Below the pieces are notes generated by a model. It worked only from the letters and a program-made list of their open reading frames with translations, had not been told where the DNA came from and ran no database searches. Below, piece after piece: positions 31,175 to 41,031 of a stretch of DNA of 64,000 nucleotides (position 1 is the stretch's first letter; every line of letters begins with the position of its first letter). The translations under genes and the position numbers were made by a program. Source of the stretch: Epithemia pelagica. Its lineage: Eukaryota; Protista; Bacillariophyta. The stretch spans positions 4,092,001-4,156,000 of the forward strand of contig OX337229.1 in assembly GCA_946965045.2 (NCBI GenBank), written 5' to 3'.

Positions 31175-31975
31175 ATGGCGGACCACAACAACCAAGCATC
31201 AACGACGACAAAGCAGTCGATTGTGTTCCTCGGTGTGGATGTCAATCTCTTCAAATCATGCTTTTTCGAGCCAATCAAGGAAGATCCGATGCCGTCCAGA
31301 GCCTGGGATGCCTTTGAACTGGTTGTTTTGGAGGAGGATCCGACTACTACAGTGTCGAGACTGTCGGAAGCTCTCTTCGCGAACCCGAACAATAATGTGG
31401 TATCGGTGGTGTTTCAAAGCACCGACATTGCCGAATCGTTACTAGACATTCTGGTCCGGCTCTACAACTCGGGAGGCCTGGTGGTATTTTTTGGCATTTA
31501 CGGAGAATTTGGAGATCCAGATGTCCTCATATCGTGCTTTTCGTTGCCCGAACCATGGAGGTTTTCCGCCTATACATCCGAGAAATACGAGCTCACAAGC
31601 CAAGCACATCGTTCCCTTGGCTATGCCGTAACCCAGCAGGAGTACACCAAGGCAAATCTACTATCGGTTCCCTTTCGAGATCGATGGATGGTCGAATTGC
31701 CCATGTCCTTGCACGCGTACCTTTCAAGTGAGGCGGACTATGATCCTTCGGAACCGGAATACAAGGAGGAAGAACCGGCCATTAAGGAGGCGTATTTGGT
31801 GTACTGTGAGAGGTGTCATCATCACTGTCCTCTCGCCGTGCACCAAAACAAGAATGGTGGCAAGCTCGCGTATCTTGGATTTGTCAATGGCGATGACAAC
31901 ATTCCTCGAATTGTTCGCGCACTTGTCACTCAGAAGAAAATACCAAGCTATAGCATGATGAAAGGGTGGTATTGA
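31175..31975 (+). CDS. Hypothetical 266-aa protein (copy 2)
   Basis: 801-nt ORF, a few substitutions relative to 19685-20485. Confidence 0.65.
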   Translation: MADHNNQASTTTKQSIVFLGVDVNLFKSCFFEPIKEDPMPSRAWDAFELVVLEEDPTTTVSRLSEALFANPNNNVVSVVFQSTDIAESLLDILVRLYNSGGLVVFFGIYGEFGDPDVLISCFSLPEPWRFSAYTSEKYELTSQAHRSLGYAVTQQEYTKANLLSVPFRDRWMVELPMSLHAYLSSEADYDPSEPEYKEEEPAIKEAYLVYCERCHHHCPLAVHQNKNGGKLAYLGFVNGDDNIPRIVRALVTQKKIPSYSMMKGWY

Positions 31976-32309
31976 GTCCCTATCCGTAATAGAGGTAGTT
32001 AGTTCTGTTGCTGGTTGGGGATTGGGGAAACAGTAATAACAGCTATATCGGTTCCTCTCGCTTTTTTTCTCGGTTCTGTAACATTGTCGTTTGCTAGGAT
32101 ATCTTGTTGTTGTGTGTCCAACTAGAGGTATCGTTGACCGGCGAAAGTTTCGTTGCTTTCAGTCTTTGCAAGACTCATCGTAGTCGCGCATGATTCTCAT
32201 GCCATCAGAATCCAATATCTTTCGTGCGTCTTGTTCGACAATGATACAAAACCATCAAACCACCCGGTCCGCCCAAAGCCAAGGACACCAGGATTGCTGA
32301 TCGGTTCCA

Positions 32310-33926
32310 ATGAAGGTTTGGGTGTATGGTATGATTCCTCGCAGATTCCAACCGAGACGTTGTTGTTGCTGTTGTCGTCGGTATGCCGTAACTACCTCTG
32401 GTTGTTGTCGTCGTCTGCGTCGTTGGGCGTCCCCTGTATGGTTGGTCGGAATCCTCCTTGGAACAATGATTATGTTCGCTACGAACTCATGTCCACGTGT
32501 TTCGGCATTTGGTATGCTCCATCCTCAACTGTTGGCGCTACCCTTGGGATCACGCCGCACCATGGCGTCCATCAAAACTCCTTGGTTTCGTATCCAGACA
32601 AACAACCAGGGAACCATGCTTCTGCCACCAATTCTGGGGACAGTGACACGACAACCGTTCCAATTGGTCAATCCTCCAACACGGTTGGAAGCTTCCATGT
32701 CGCAGGACGATGACGGTCGCCCATCCACGACAAGCCACAAGTTGCGCTACGGCAACGAATTGGTGGTGGTCATTCCAGCCTATAATGAACAAGGCCGGAT
32801 TGGACCAACCTTACAGACCTATCATGACTACTTGTCCACCTCCTTGCCATCCTTGGCCTTGCAACAACCCATTCTAGGAGGACACAAGGAGGACAATGTC
32901 CAGGAGACGAAGAATTGCAGGTCCACAACCACCTGGGAAGTAACGTCCTGTCGCATTTTGGTGGTGGACGATGGATCCGTGGACGATACGGTCCATGTTG
33001 TACAGCAAATGGCAAGGCAATTATCCGTGAATCATACGACCACCACTACCACCACGACAACAACAAACAATACAGTTACACGACAACACGCTCCTGTCCC
33101 CATCGACTGTGTCTCCTTGCCACGCAATGGCGGTAAGGGAGCTGCCTTGGCCTATGGAATCCAAACTATCATGGATCAGCATCAAAGACAAGAACGAGAA
33201 CCTGTCCATCACATTGAGATAGATGACGACTGTACGATTTGCCACAAGAATACCATCGTTGTCACTACCGATGCCGATGGGAGTGCTCCACCTCAGGGCA
33301 TGGCTGATTTGTATCAAGCCATGTTGAATCAGTGTGGACGACCCAACGCACTACACGAGGAGTCGTCCTTGTGGGGGGAGGATTCCATTCCACCTCCTGT
33401 CATTGTGGCCGGATGTCGACGGTATGCCGATGCGGCACCCCTCCGTCGTTTGTTTCGATGGGGGTTTCGGACTCTAGTGCAATGGACCTTGAGTAGCAGC
33501 AAACAGAATCCAATTTCGTTTCTTCGTGCCATGTGGTTGGCTTTCCATGACCACGAAAAGGACGACAAAGCCGACAAGAATCGTGGCATGCCAGTCGTTG
33601 TCGACAGTCAATGTGGCTTCAAATTGTTTTCGTCCGTCCAATTGGCGCAGATATTGTACCAGGACTTGCATGTCACGGGATGGAGTCACGACGTCGAAGT
33701 CTTGTATCGTGCCAGTCTCCTGGGGGATGATGGCATTGCCATTGTCTCGCAAACCATTGATTGGACCGACCAACCGGGCTCGAAGTTGGAAGCCTCTCCG
33801 GGAGGAGTTGTGGCGGTCAGTGGACGCATGTTCTGGGATGTCCTACGCATTCAACAGTACTACCATGGGAATCGAACCACGTCGGTTGGTTCCGTACCGG
33901 GATTGCTCGTCAAGGAAAGTACATAA
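32310..33926 (+). CDS. ALG5: GT2 dolichyl-phosphate beta-glucosyltransferase-like (copy 2)
   Basis: Same motifs as copy 1 but with canonical QCGFKLF. Confidence 0.82.
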   Translation: MKVWVYGMIPRRFQPRRCCCCCRRYAVTTSGCCRRLRRWASPVWLVGILLGTMIMFATNSCPRVSAFGMLHPQLLALPLGSRRTMASIKTPWFRIQTNNQGTMLLPPILGTVTRQPFQLVNPPTRLEASMSQDDDGRPSTTSHKLRYGNELVVVIPAYNEQGRIGPTLQTYHDYLSTSLPSLALQQPILGGHKEDNVQETKNCRSTTTWEVTSCRILVVDDGSVDDTVHVVQQMARQLSVNHTTTTTTTTTTNNTVTRQHAPVPIDCVSLPRNGGKGAALAYGIQTIMDQHQRQEREPVHHIEIDDDCTICHKNTIVVTTDADGSAPPQGMADLYQAMLNQCGRPNALHEESSLWGEDSIPPPVIVAGCRRYADAAPLRRLFRWGFRTLVQWTLSSSKQNPISFLRAMWLAFHDHEKDDKADKNRGMPVVVDSQCGFKLFSSVQLAQILYQDLHVTGWSHDVEVLYRASLLGDDGIAIVSQTIDWTDQPGSKLEASPGGVVAVSGRMFWDVLRIQQYYHGNRTTSVGSVPGLLVKEST

Positions 33927-34416
33927 CGGACCGAAAAGCCTCCATGTTGATGGGACCACAAGTTTTGGAACTGTGCAATGCTCTTCTTCCCAAGGAACGA
34001 CAAGGATTGTTAAAGTCAATCCACCCAAACGCACTCACATTTTGTTTGGATGGATACCGTTTTGGGCAATAGCGTCCAGCCTCCAAAACATACGCGTGGG
34101 GGATTCCAGTGCCCTGGTGTTGTTCCGTATGTGAAGAAGCATTGACTGACGATGATTTTGAACTAGAACATTACCTCTGGAGGTCAAGTATTAATCTAGT
34201 AGCAGATGCGATACTACGTTTCAACTGTATTACAGAGAAAGGTGATCTTTCCACAATCAATGGGCATGGGGAAAGGTTGGAAATACTCCTACTCCTACGA
34301 AGGAACGGAGTTTACTCCTCATGTCAGGTAGGTTGCATAGAGCAGTCATGGGAAAAGGGAATTTGGTTCGTGTTGAATCCGAACGCGCGCGGGAATGAAA
34401 CAAGAGGCCGGAAAAA

Positions 34417-34586
34417 TGTTTCGCGTGTGACACCAATGTCGGAACAAGCACTTTGATGTCTATATAGGCTAATTAGTGAGGAATTGGTGGAGTATAACGG
34501 TCACTAGCTAGTGCGTAGGATCGACTCCTAAGTGCTCCTCCTTTTCCAGACCAACACACCGACCACAAGAGACAAACTTCCAGGCA
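34417..34586 (+). repeat. 170-bp host direct repeat, left flank of the YR element
   Basis: TGTTTCGCGTGTG...AACTTCCAGGCA, identical by eye to 43643-43812; present once in copy A. Confidence 0.9.
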
Positions 34587-34792
34587 AGGGACCGACGGAC
34601 GAACGACGAAGAAGAATGACGTTGTCACTCAACAAGATCTCATCTCCACGTCAGGATTGGTTGGGTGAAGTTGCAAGATACTTCCCCAACCAATCTCTAC
34701 GGACAAAAGAATTCATAAGTTCACGAAAGGAAGTAACTGCAGTGAATACACGGATCTGATCACCCAGTGTTTTGTTGTGGTTTTTCTTTTTG
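34586..34792 (+). repeat. Split direct repeat A1 (lacks the first ~23 bp of A2)
   Basis: Identical to 42997-43203. Confidence 0.9.
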
Positions 34793-34983
34793 TTTTCTTT
34801 TTCGCTCCCTGTCGACCGTGCCAACCACTCTTACGTCTTGTGTTCTTCTTTTTTCACTATGAAGTTTGATTGGGTCGGGACTTCGGAATCCTCGCCCTCT
34901 GTGGGGTCGTCAGGTGAGTCTGTTAGTGTTGCGACCGGGGGGGGGGTGTCCTACGTTCGGGCCCTCTCTACGGTATCCTTCGG

Positions 34984-37215
34984 ATGGATGAATCCGAGTT
35001 TGTGGGCTTATGTCGGGGTGTAATTGGGTCGGGGCAGCGTATCTGTCTACGTCAGGATTGTACTATTGCCTCCCATACTTCGAAGAAGATGACCTGGATG
35101 GCGTTAGCAGGGGAGGAATCCCATTGCCTTTTCATTCGGGGCGCAGGTGGAAGCGACGCTGATTCTTCAAGCACCATGTTCTCCTCTCCGGTTCTTCCCG
35201 GCTCATACATTCAAGATGCGGAATGGTCCGAACTCGAAACATCCCCAAGAAGTCTCGAAAGTTGGCAGGCCACATTCTCGGCAATTCGTGATACCTTCAT
35301 ATCTTCAGGACGGGATGCCATCGATGGACGAACGGTAGCGGATCTCCTTGAGACCACTAAATCCGAAATCAAGTTTGTCTTTACTCCGGCTCGTAAGAAG
35401 GTCAAGCTGGCTCCGATTCAGGACGACGAGATGGATGGTGATCGTAAGCTGTCTCCTTCGTCTTCGATGGAATCGTCCGTGTCCACTTCATCTTTATCAT
35501 TCGTGAAGGTTCCACATGAGCTTGGGACGCAGCCTACGTCTGCGTTTAAAAATCTCTCGCAAGGAGCTTGGAAGGATCTGCTCTCAAACGTGGCCGTACT
35601 GAAGGGTGCTGTCGAGGAAGAGCAATCAAAGCGACGCGGTGCCCATTCACGAGTCGATGAACAGTTGGACGAGATACATGTTAAGTTATCAGTCCTTCAC
35701 GAGCTGCTGGGTGAAAGACCGGCTGCTTTTGGTACACTGTCAGCGTTTGGTCTGCTGGGACAATTATCCGAGACGGTGGAGTCCATGGTTCAGACTGTGG
35801 TGGACATCAAACAGAGGGAAGCATCGGCGAGCATCCACCCCGAGGTCAATCAACGTCTCCTTGTTTTGGAAGATCATGTCGATGATTTCTCGAGCGAAGT
35901 GGACAAGCTTTGTCGGAAGCAGATTGAACAGTTCTTCACGAGTGGTGATTTCCGCAATCATTTCATCGACCCGACCATGAAACTGCTCTCGAGATCATCG
36001 TTGACAACAATGGACCCAGGTGGCAAGTGGGATGGAGAGTTGTCGGATTTGAAGACGCGGGTAGCCACCCTCGAAAGCGTTGGACCAACAGGAACTCCGT
36101 CTACGTCAACAATGGGTCAGGTGCCCATGTTTGCCTGGGGAGCAGGCGCCGGTCGACCTGTGGTTGCTTCTCCGCCGACAACAGCACAAAGTGGAACTGG
36201 TTCTGCCTCATCAGCTGCCCTGGTTGCGCTGCAAGAAGAATTGAAGCAGCTGAAAGCAGACGTGAAGGATTTGCAGGACCAGGCCGAATCTGATGCCATT
36301 ATCGTTGGCTCTATCGTTTTTGCCTCTCGTAAATTTTGTGATGCATGGCTGGTGTTGCATGGAGCGGATGGCGATCCACACGTTTTCGTTGACGCGGTTT
36401 CCCTCCTGTCATTGGCGACGTCGGATGCTAGCCTCGACGAAGGCCATGCCGCCAATCAGCGGGCGACGACGGCCAAGGTCAAGGACAAGACGCCCTACCA
36501 CACGGCCTTCATCGCTTCATTCAACCTAGAAGTGCCGCCGCTACTGGGTAAGGGTAGCGATTCATCGCTCACAACAAATTCTCGAGCCCTAGCTGGTGTA
36601 CCCAAGTTTGTGGATTTCCACCCTCCTTCTGGAAGGGAGGGAATCCACCAACGAATCTTGGATTATGTTAAAGATGGCCGGAAAACCATCGAACAGGCCA
36701 TTGGCGAGTTGTTTGGGTTCGGATCCGAACCATCCAGTGTGGCCAAGGAACTATTGCTATTAAGCAAAACGTTCTGGGATGACCTATGCCACTGGATGGT
36801 GAGGTATCACAGAGAGGTAAAAGAAGAAAGTGATGCGAGTGAGCACGAAGTTTGGGTGCTAATATCTCACTGCGTGAGAGCAGTGTTTAAGAGTCTACGG
36901 GATGCGCGGGCACCTGGACGAGCAACCAATACGGCTGGAGGTATGCTTTGGGGCACCCTACGAGCCCATGAGGTGATGCGGGAATACAGAGCTCATGAGT
37001 TTAGTGGGCATCCGAAGATAGCTCTCATTCTCCATGAGCATCTGATCAGGTTTTCAACTCCTCGTTCCAAATTTGATTCTCTTCAGTTGGAGTTCACCGA
37101 GCGATTGGAAAAAGTTCAACGCTCGATCAATCAAGCGGTTGCGTCTGTCAATAAAAAGAGTGGGGGAAACAATAAATCGTCCACTGGATCGGAAGCGAAA
37201 ACCAAGGGAGGCTGA
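34984..37215 (+). CDS. YR retrotransposon ORF1 (gag-like; N-terminal C-x9-C-x4-C-x4-H, coiled coils)
   Basis: 743-aa ORF; LCRGVIGSGQRICLRQDCTIASH; located directly 5' of pol. Confidence 0.85.
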   Translation: MDESEFVGLCRGVIGSGQRICLRQDCTIASHTSKKMTWMALAGEESHCLFIRGAGGSDADSSSTMFSSPVLPGSYIQDAEWSELETSPRSLESWQATFSAIRDTFISSGRDAIDGRTVADLLETTKSEIKFVFTPARKKVKLAPIQDDEMDGDRKLSPSSSMESSVSTSSLSFVKVPHELGTQPTSAFKNLSQGAWKDLLSNVAVLKGAVEEEQSKRRGAHSRVDEQLDEIHVKLSVLHELLGERPAAFGTLSAFGLLGQLSETVESMVQTVVDIKQREASASIHPEVNQRLLVLEDHVDDFSSEVDKLCRKQIEQFFTSGDFRNHFIDPTMKLLSRSSLTTMDPGGKWDGELSDLKTRVATLESVGPTGTPSTSTMGQVPMFAWGAGAGRPVVASPPTTAQSGTGSASSAALVALQEELKQLKADVKDLQDQAESDAIIVGSIVFASRKFCDAWLVLHGADGDPHVFVDAVSLLSLATSDASLDEGHAANQRATTAKVKDKTPYHTAFIASFNLEVPPLLGKGSDSSLTTNSRALAGVPKFVDFHPPSGREGIHQRILDYVKDGRKTIEQAIGELFGFGSEPSSVAKELLLLSKTFWDDLCHWMVRYHREVKEESDASEHEVWVLISHCVRAVFKSLRDARAPGRATNTAGGMLWGTLRAHEVMREYRAHEFSGHPKIALILHEHLIRFSTPRSKFDSLQLEFTERLEKVQRSINQAVASVNKKSGGNNKSSTGSEAKTKGG

Positions 37216-37353
37216 CAAGCGACGCCGGCCATCGACTCGTCTACCATTTCGGGGAGAAAGCGAAAGAAAATAGAACAGTCACTCCCATCGAACTCTCCTT
37301 CACCCACTGCCTCTCCCTTCAGCGATAAAAATAGCGAAGATAAGATAGCGATA

Positions 37354-40300
37354 ATGAAATCATCTCCATCAACGATCTGTGATGCTGGTGTTTTGGAGAA
37401 GAAACCAGGAGTATTCAAGGCAGGCGCAGGAAAACAAAAGATTGGAATAGTATGCCGCACCACCCCGTTCTGGTTCTGGGCCGTGTCAACCCTGGGATCA
37501 GTAATTTGGATTGACAGGACAGGTGAACACGATGAATCGATCAACGAGACCGCATCGGAACAATGGACTCACTTGCTCGTGCGAAAGAAACCACGAACGG
37601 TGGGAACCAAGCGAAGTTCAAATGGAAAGGCGAAACCGGTTTGGCAAAACAAAATGGAACCGAAGCAAGACGATGAAGGACATTGGAACGAAGCCGATAC
37701 GGTGTTTTTCGATGATGTCTCCCCAGGCCCACAGCACCCAGTTTGGACGGCACATGCTGGACCCAAGTTTGTCATCTGGTGGAAAAGCAGAGCGTCCGCA
37801 GGTCCTCCTCCATCACTTGATTCATGGAAGACGGCCAAACTGAGGTTGGATCATGGAATCCTGGGAGGCGTCACTACCAATGTGGATTGGATGTTCATAT
37901 CGACGAAGTTGTGCTCAAGGAATGACACCAGTCGTTCGTTAGAAGAATGGTGGCAGGGATCGATTGAGCCAGGTCTGTCATCCACTACAGTTCGAGGCAT
38001 CATCGACCCCACGTTGCATGGTCGAGTAAAGGCAAAAGTTTTTGGAGCCGATGGTTTGCTTGATAGAAAATTGAATTGGAAAGATGACAGATGGCAGGAC
38101 CATACGCTGCCCAGTGTCTTTTCTCCCACGGGGCTTGTAACACGCAAGTTAGGAATACGGGAGTTGGCTTCGGCTCTGGACTTTCCAGCTGTGTTAAGCA
38201 AGCAAGCAAGAGATAGCGAACTACGGAACTGGGTATCCAAAATTGGTCCACCATTCAAAACACGGATTCAGATAGTGCACTTACTTCGAAGATATTCAGA
38301 AGGATACGAACAAAAATCACCAACTTCTGAAAGCAAGTCTGAAACGAACTCAAGAGAAACGTTGGGCGACTATGGAATGAAGGAGGACGACGGCGAAGTT
38401 GTATCTCCCGACGACATGGATCCAACGTTGATTGTAGTATCGAATTCGGAGGAAAGAGAAGAAGATAGAAACTTAAAAGCCACCAAGTCTGATGACGCCT
38501 CGATTCCATTCCATTTGTGGAATGATCGAATTTTGAGCGTCTTTCAATTCGAAACGGCACCGGAGGTCGAGAAGGCAATCAACGCATTAGACAGCATTCG
38601 CAAGGGAGCGTTGCGCTATTGGAAGAGGTTGGTGGCACAAGATTTTTGGACGTGGTGGCGACTCCATTATAAAAAGATGGAGGACAAGGAAAGAAAATCC
38701 ACAATTGAATCCGGTTTGAGTGCTCTCCGACACTCAGCCCTGGCATCCTGGTGGGACTGGGATGCCGGATCTTCCCCTTTTTTCTGGAGGATGCCGGATT
38801 TGTCCTGGATGAAGGAGATGCGGGACGGAGTGAAACCAATGTGGACAGGTCCGCCTCCACGATACCGAATCCCTCAACGCCAAAACCCAGACCCCGTGAG
38901 TTTGAGTTTAGAAAAGAAGAAAATCGGAAAAGTGAGAAAAAGAGGATACATCGCTCCTCGTGCGGGGATTCTATCACTTACAAGTTTCTTTTCGGTCCCA
39001 AAAGGGACTGATGATATAAGGATGGTGTATGATGGCACGAAGAGCGGATTGAACCACGTGTTACACGCTCCATGGTTTGGGTTGGCAACAGTCGACACCA
39101 TGCTGAGGACCGTGGAAGCTTGCACGTGGTCAGCGGACAATGATTTCGGGGAGATGTTCCTAAACTTTTGGATACACCCCGAAATCCGAAAGTACACGGG
39201 CGTGGATTTGACCACCCTGTTTCCAGAAGAACTGGGAGACGAAAACGGCGCGAAGGGAAAGCGAAAATGGGAAACTTGGGTCCGCTGTGCAATGGGAGTT
39301 ACTGTCTCCCCATACCAAACGACTCAATGCTCACAAAGAGTCAAGCGAATTGTTTTTGGTTGTCGAACGGATCCGAATAATATCTTTCGTTGGACCGAAG
39401 TGCGTTTGAACCTTCCAGGAAATGAAGACTACGACCCGTCCAAGCCGTGGATATGCAAGCTCCGAGAAGATGGTCGAATTGCAATCGATGTCCACACATA
39501 TGTAGACGATCTTAGAGAAACTGCGCCAACTCAAGAAGAAGCCTGGTTAGCCGCGAGCGCTATGGCCAAGGGATCATCTTACTTTGGACTGCAAGATGCG
39601 GCGCGAAAACGGAGACCACCAAGTCGCTCGCCAGGAGCTTGGGCAGGAGCGGTTGTGGAAACAACGGACGATGCCATATACAAGACAGTCTCCCAGGAAC
39701 GTTGGGATAAGACTCGAAAACACATAAGCACACTTCGAGAGTGGGCTAAATCTGAAAAAGAAATCGATCGAAAAGAGTTAGAAAGGATAAGAGGCTTCCT
39801 TGTGTACGTATCCTTGACTTACCAAAGTCTCGTGCCGTACCTAAAGGGAGTCCACCTAACTCTCGAATCATGGAGACCGGACAGGGATGAGGATGGATGG
39901 AAGATGAGGACGAAGGAACGCGATGAGTTGCTGAACAACGAAGATGTAAGGGAAATCATCCAAGGACCGCCCCCCAAAACAGTAAGAAAGGCCAGACGAT
40001 TCGAAGACAACGTAAAGGCCATGGTCGAATTGACGGCAGCAGAACAGCCTCCAAGATTGTTGGCAAGACCAAAGAAGGGAGCGAGTGTTGTAATCATATT
40101 TGGGGATGCGTCGGGTGAAGGGTTCGGATCTTCACTTTGGATGTATGGCTCAGGTGACGTTGAAACCGAGCACGGATTATGGACGCGTGAATACGGAGCA
40201 CGCTCATCCAATTTCAGGGAGCTTTATAACCTGATATTACGATTGGAATCGTTGGTGTCAGGAGGAAGACTGAAACAAGGAACTGAAGTTTTCATGTTTA

Positions 40301-41031
40301 CTGACAACGCGACAGCGGAGGCTGCCTTTTATCGAGGTACATCCTCCACAAGATTACTGTTTGAATTGGTATTAAGAGCAAGAAAGTTAGAGATGAATGG
40401 AAGCATCTTCATGCGAGTGGTCTGGGTGGCAGGCACTCGCATGATATCACAAGGCACGGACGGACTGTCTCGAGGAGACTTAATGACAGGAGTCATGTCC
40501 GGAAATTCGATGCTCTTTTACGTACCTCTGAATAAATCATGCGAGGAGCGACAACCGGGTGTGGTTGAATGGCTCATCAATACCCATGGCGGAGGATTCT
40601 GGAAATTCCTGGACCCACAGGATTGGTACGACAAAGGTTTCGAACGAGGAAGATTCGTTTGGGCACCACCGCCCGCAATAGCTGACGTCGCAGTGGATCT
40701 CCTTTGCGACTCAAATCATATACGCCCCGACAACGCCCACATCTTTGTTTGCCCAGCACTTATGAGTAATCGATGGAGAAAGAAACTGGGAAAGGTCGCA
40801 GACTTTGTTTTTACCATCCCGGTTGATTGTGCGATTTGGAGTAAAGAACAACATGAACCACTAATAGCTGCGTTTGTTTGCCCCCATTTATCTCGCAGGC
40901 CATGGCAAGTATCCAAAGCAAACAGGATACTGGATGAAGCAAGAGCTGACGTGTCTGAAATGTGGGCATCCAGTCCACCCCATGATGGGCGTTGTTTGCG
41001 CAAATTATGGCTGTACCCGGGGTACGAGTAA
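37354..41031 (+). CDS. YR retrotransposon pol: degenerate C5-MTase-like N-terminus, RT, RNase H, DIRS MT-like C-terminus
   Basis: RT motifs: FFSVPKG..IRMVYDG, DFGEMFLNF, MGVTVSPY, YVDD. RNase H motifs: FGDASGEGFG, SSNFRELYNL, FTDN, QGTDGLSRG. MT-like motif: FVWAPPPA..AHIFVCP..W. Confidence 0.92.
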   Translation: MKSSPSTICDAGVLEKKPGVFKAGAGKQKIGIVCRTTPFWFWAVSTLGSVIWIDRTGEHDESINETASEQWTHLLVRKKPRTVGTKRSSNGKAKPVWQNKMEPKQDDEGHWNEADTVFFDDVSPGPQHPVWTAHAGPKFVIWWKSRASAGPPPSLDSWKTAKLRLDHGILGGVTTNVDWMFISTKLCSRNDTSRSLEEWWQGSIEPGLSSTTVRGIIDPTLHGRVKAKVFGADGLLDRKLNWKDDRWQDHTLPSVFSPTGLVTRKLGIRELASALDFPAVLSKQARDSELRNWVSKIGPPFKTRIQIVHLLRRYSEGYEQKSPTSESKSETNSRETLGDYGMKEDDGEVVSPDDMDPTLIVVSNSEEREEDRNLKATKSDDASIPFHLWNDRILSVFQFETAPEVEKAINALDSIRKGALRYWKRLVAQDFWTWWRLHYKKMEDKERKSTIESGLSALRHSALASWWDWDAGSSPFFWRMPDLSWMKEMRDGVKPMWTGPPPRYRIPQRQNPDPVSLSLEKKKIGKVRKRGYIAPRAGILSLTSFFSVPKGTDDIRMVYDGTKSGLNHVLHAPWFGLATVDTMLRTVEACTWSADNDFGEMFLNFWIHPEIRKYTGVDLTTLFPEELGDENGAKGKRKWETWVRCAMGVTVSPYQTTQCSQRVKRIVFGCRTDPNNIFRWTEVRLNLPGNEDYDPSKPWICKLREDGRIAIDVHTYVDDLRETAPTQEEAWLAASAMAKGSSYFGLQDAARKRRPPSRSPGAWAGAVVETTDDAIYKTVSQERWDKTRKHISTLREWAKSEKEIDRKELERIRGFLVYVSLTYQSLVPYLKGVHLTLESWRPDRDEDGWKMRTKERDELLNNEDVREIIQGPPPKTVRKARRFEDNVKAMVELTAAEQPPRLLARPKKGASVVIIFGDASGEGFGSSLWMYGSGDVETEHGLWTREYGARSSNFRELYNLILRLESLVSGGRLKQGTEVFMFTDNATAEAAFYRGTSSTRLLFELVLRARKLEMNGSIFMRVVWVAGTRMISQGTDGLSRGDLMTGVMSGNSMLFYVPLNKSCEERQPGVVEWLINTHGGGFWKFLDPQDWYDKGFERGRFVWAPPPAIADVAVDLLCDSNHIRPDNAHIFVCPALMSNRWRKKLGKVADFVFTIPVDCAIWSKEQHEPLIAAFVCPHLSRRPWQVSKANRILDEARADVSEMWASSPPHDGRCLRKLWLYPGYE

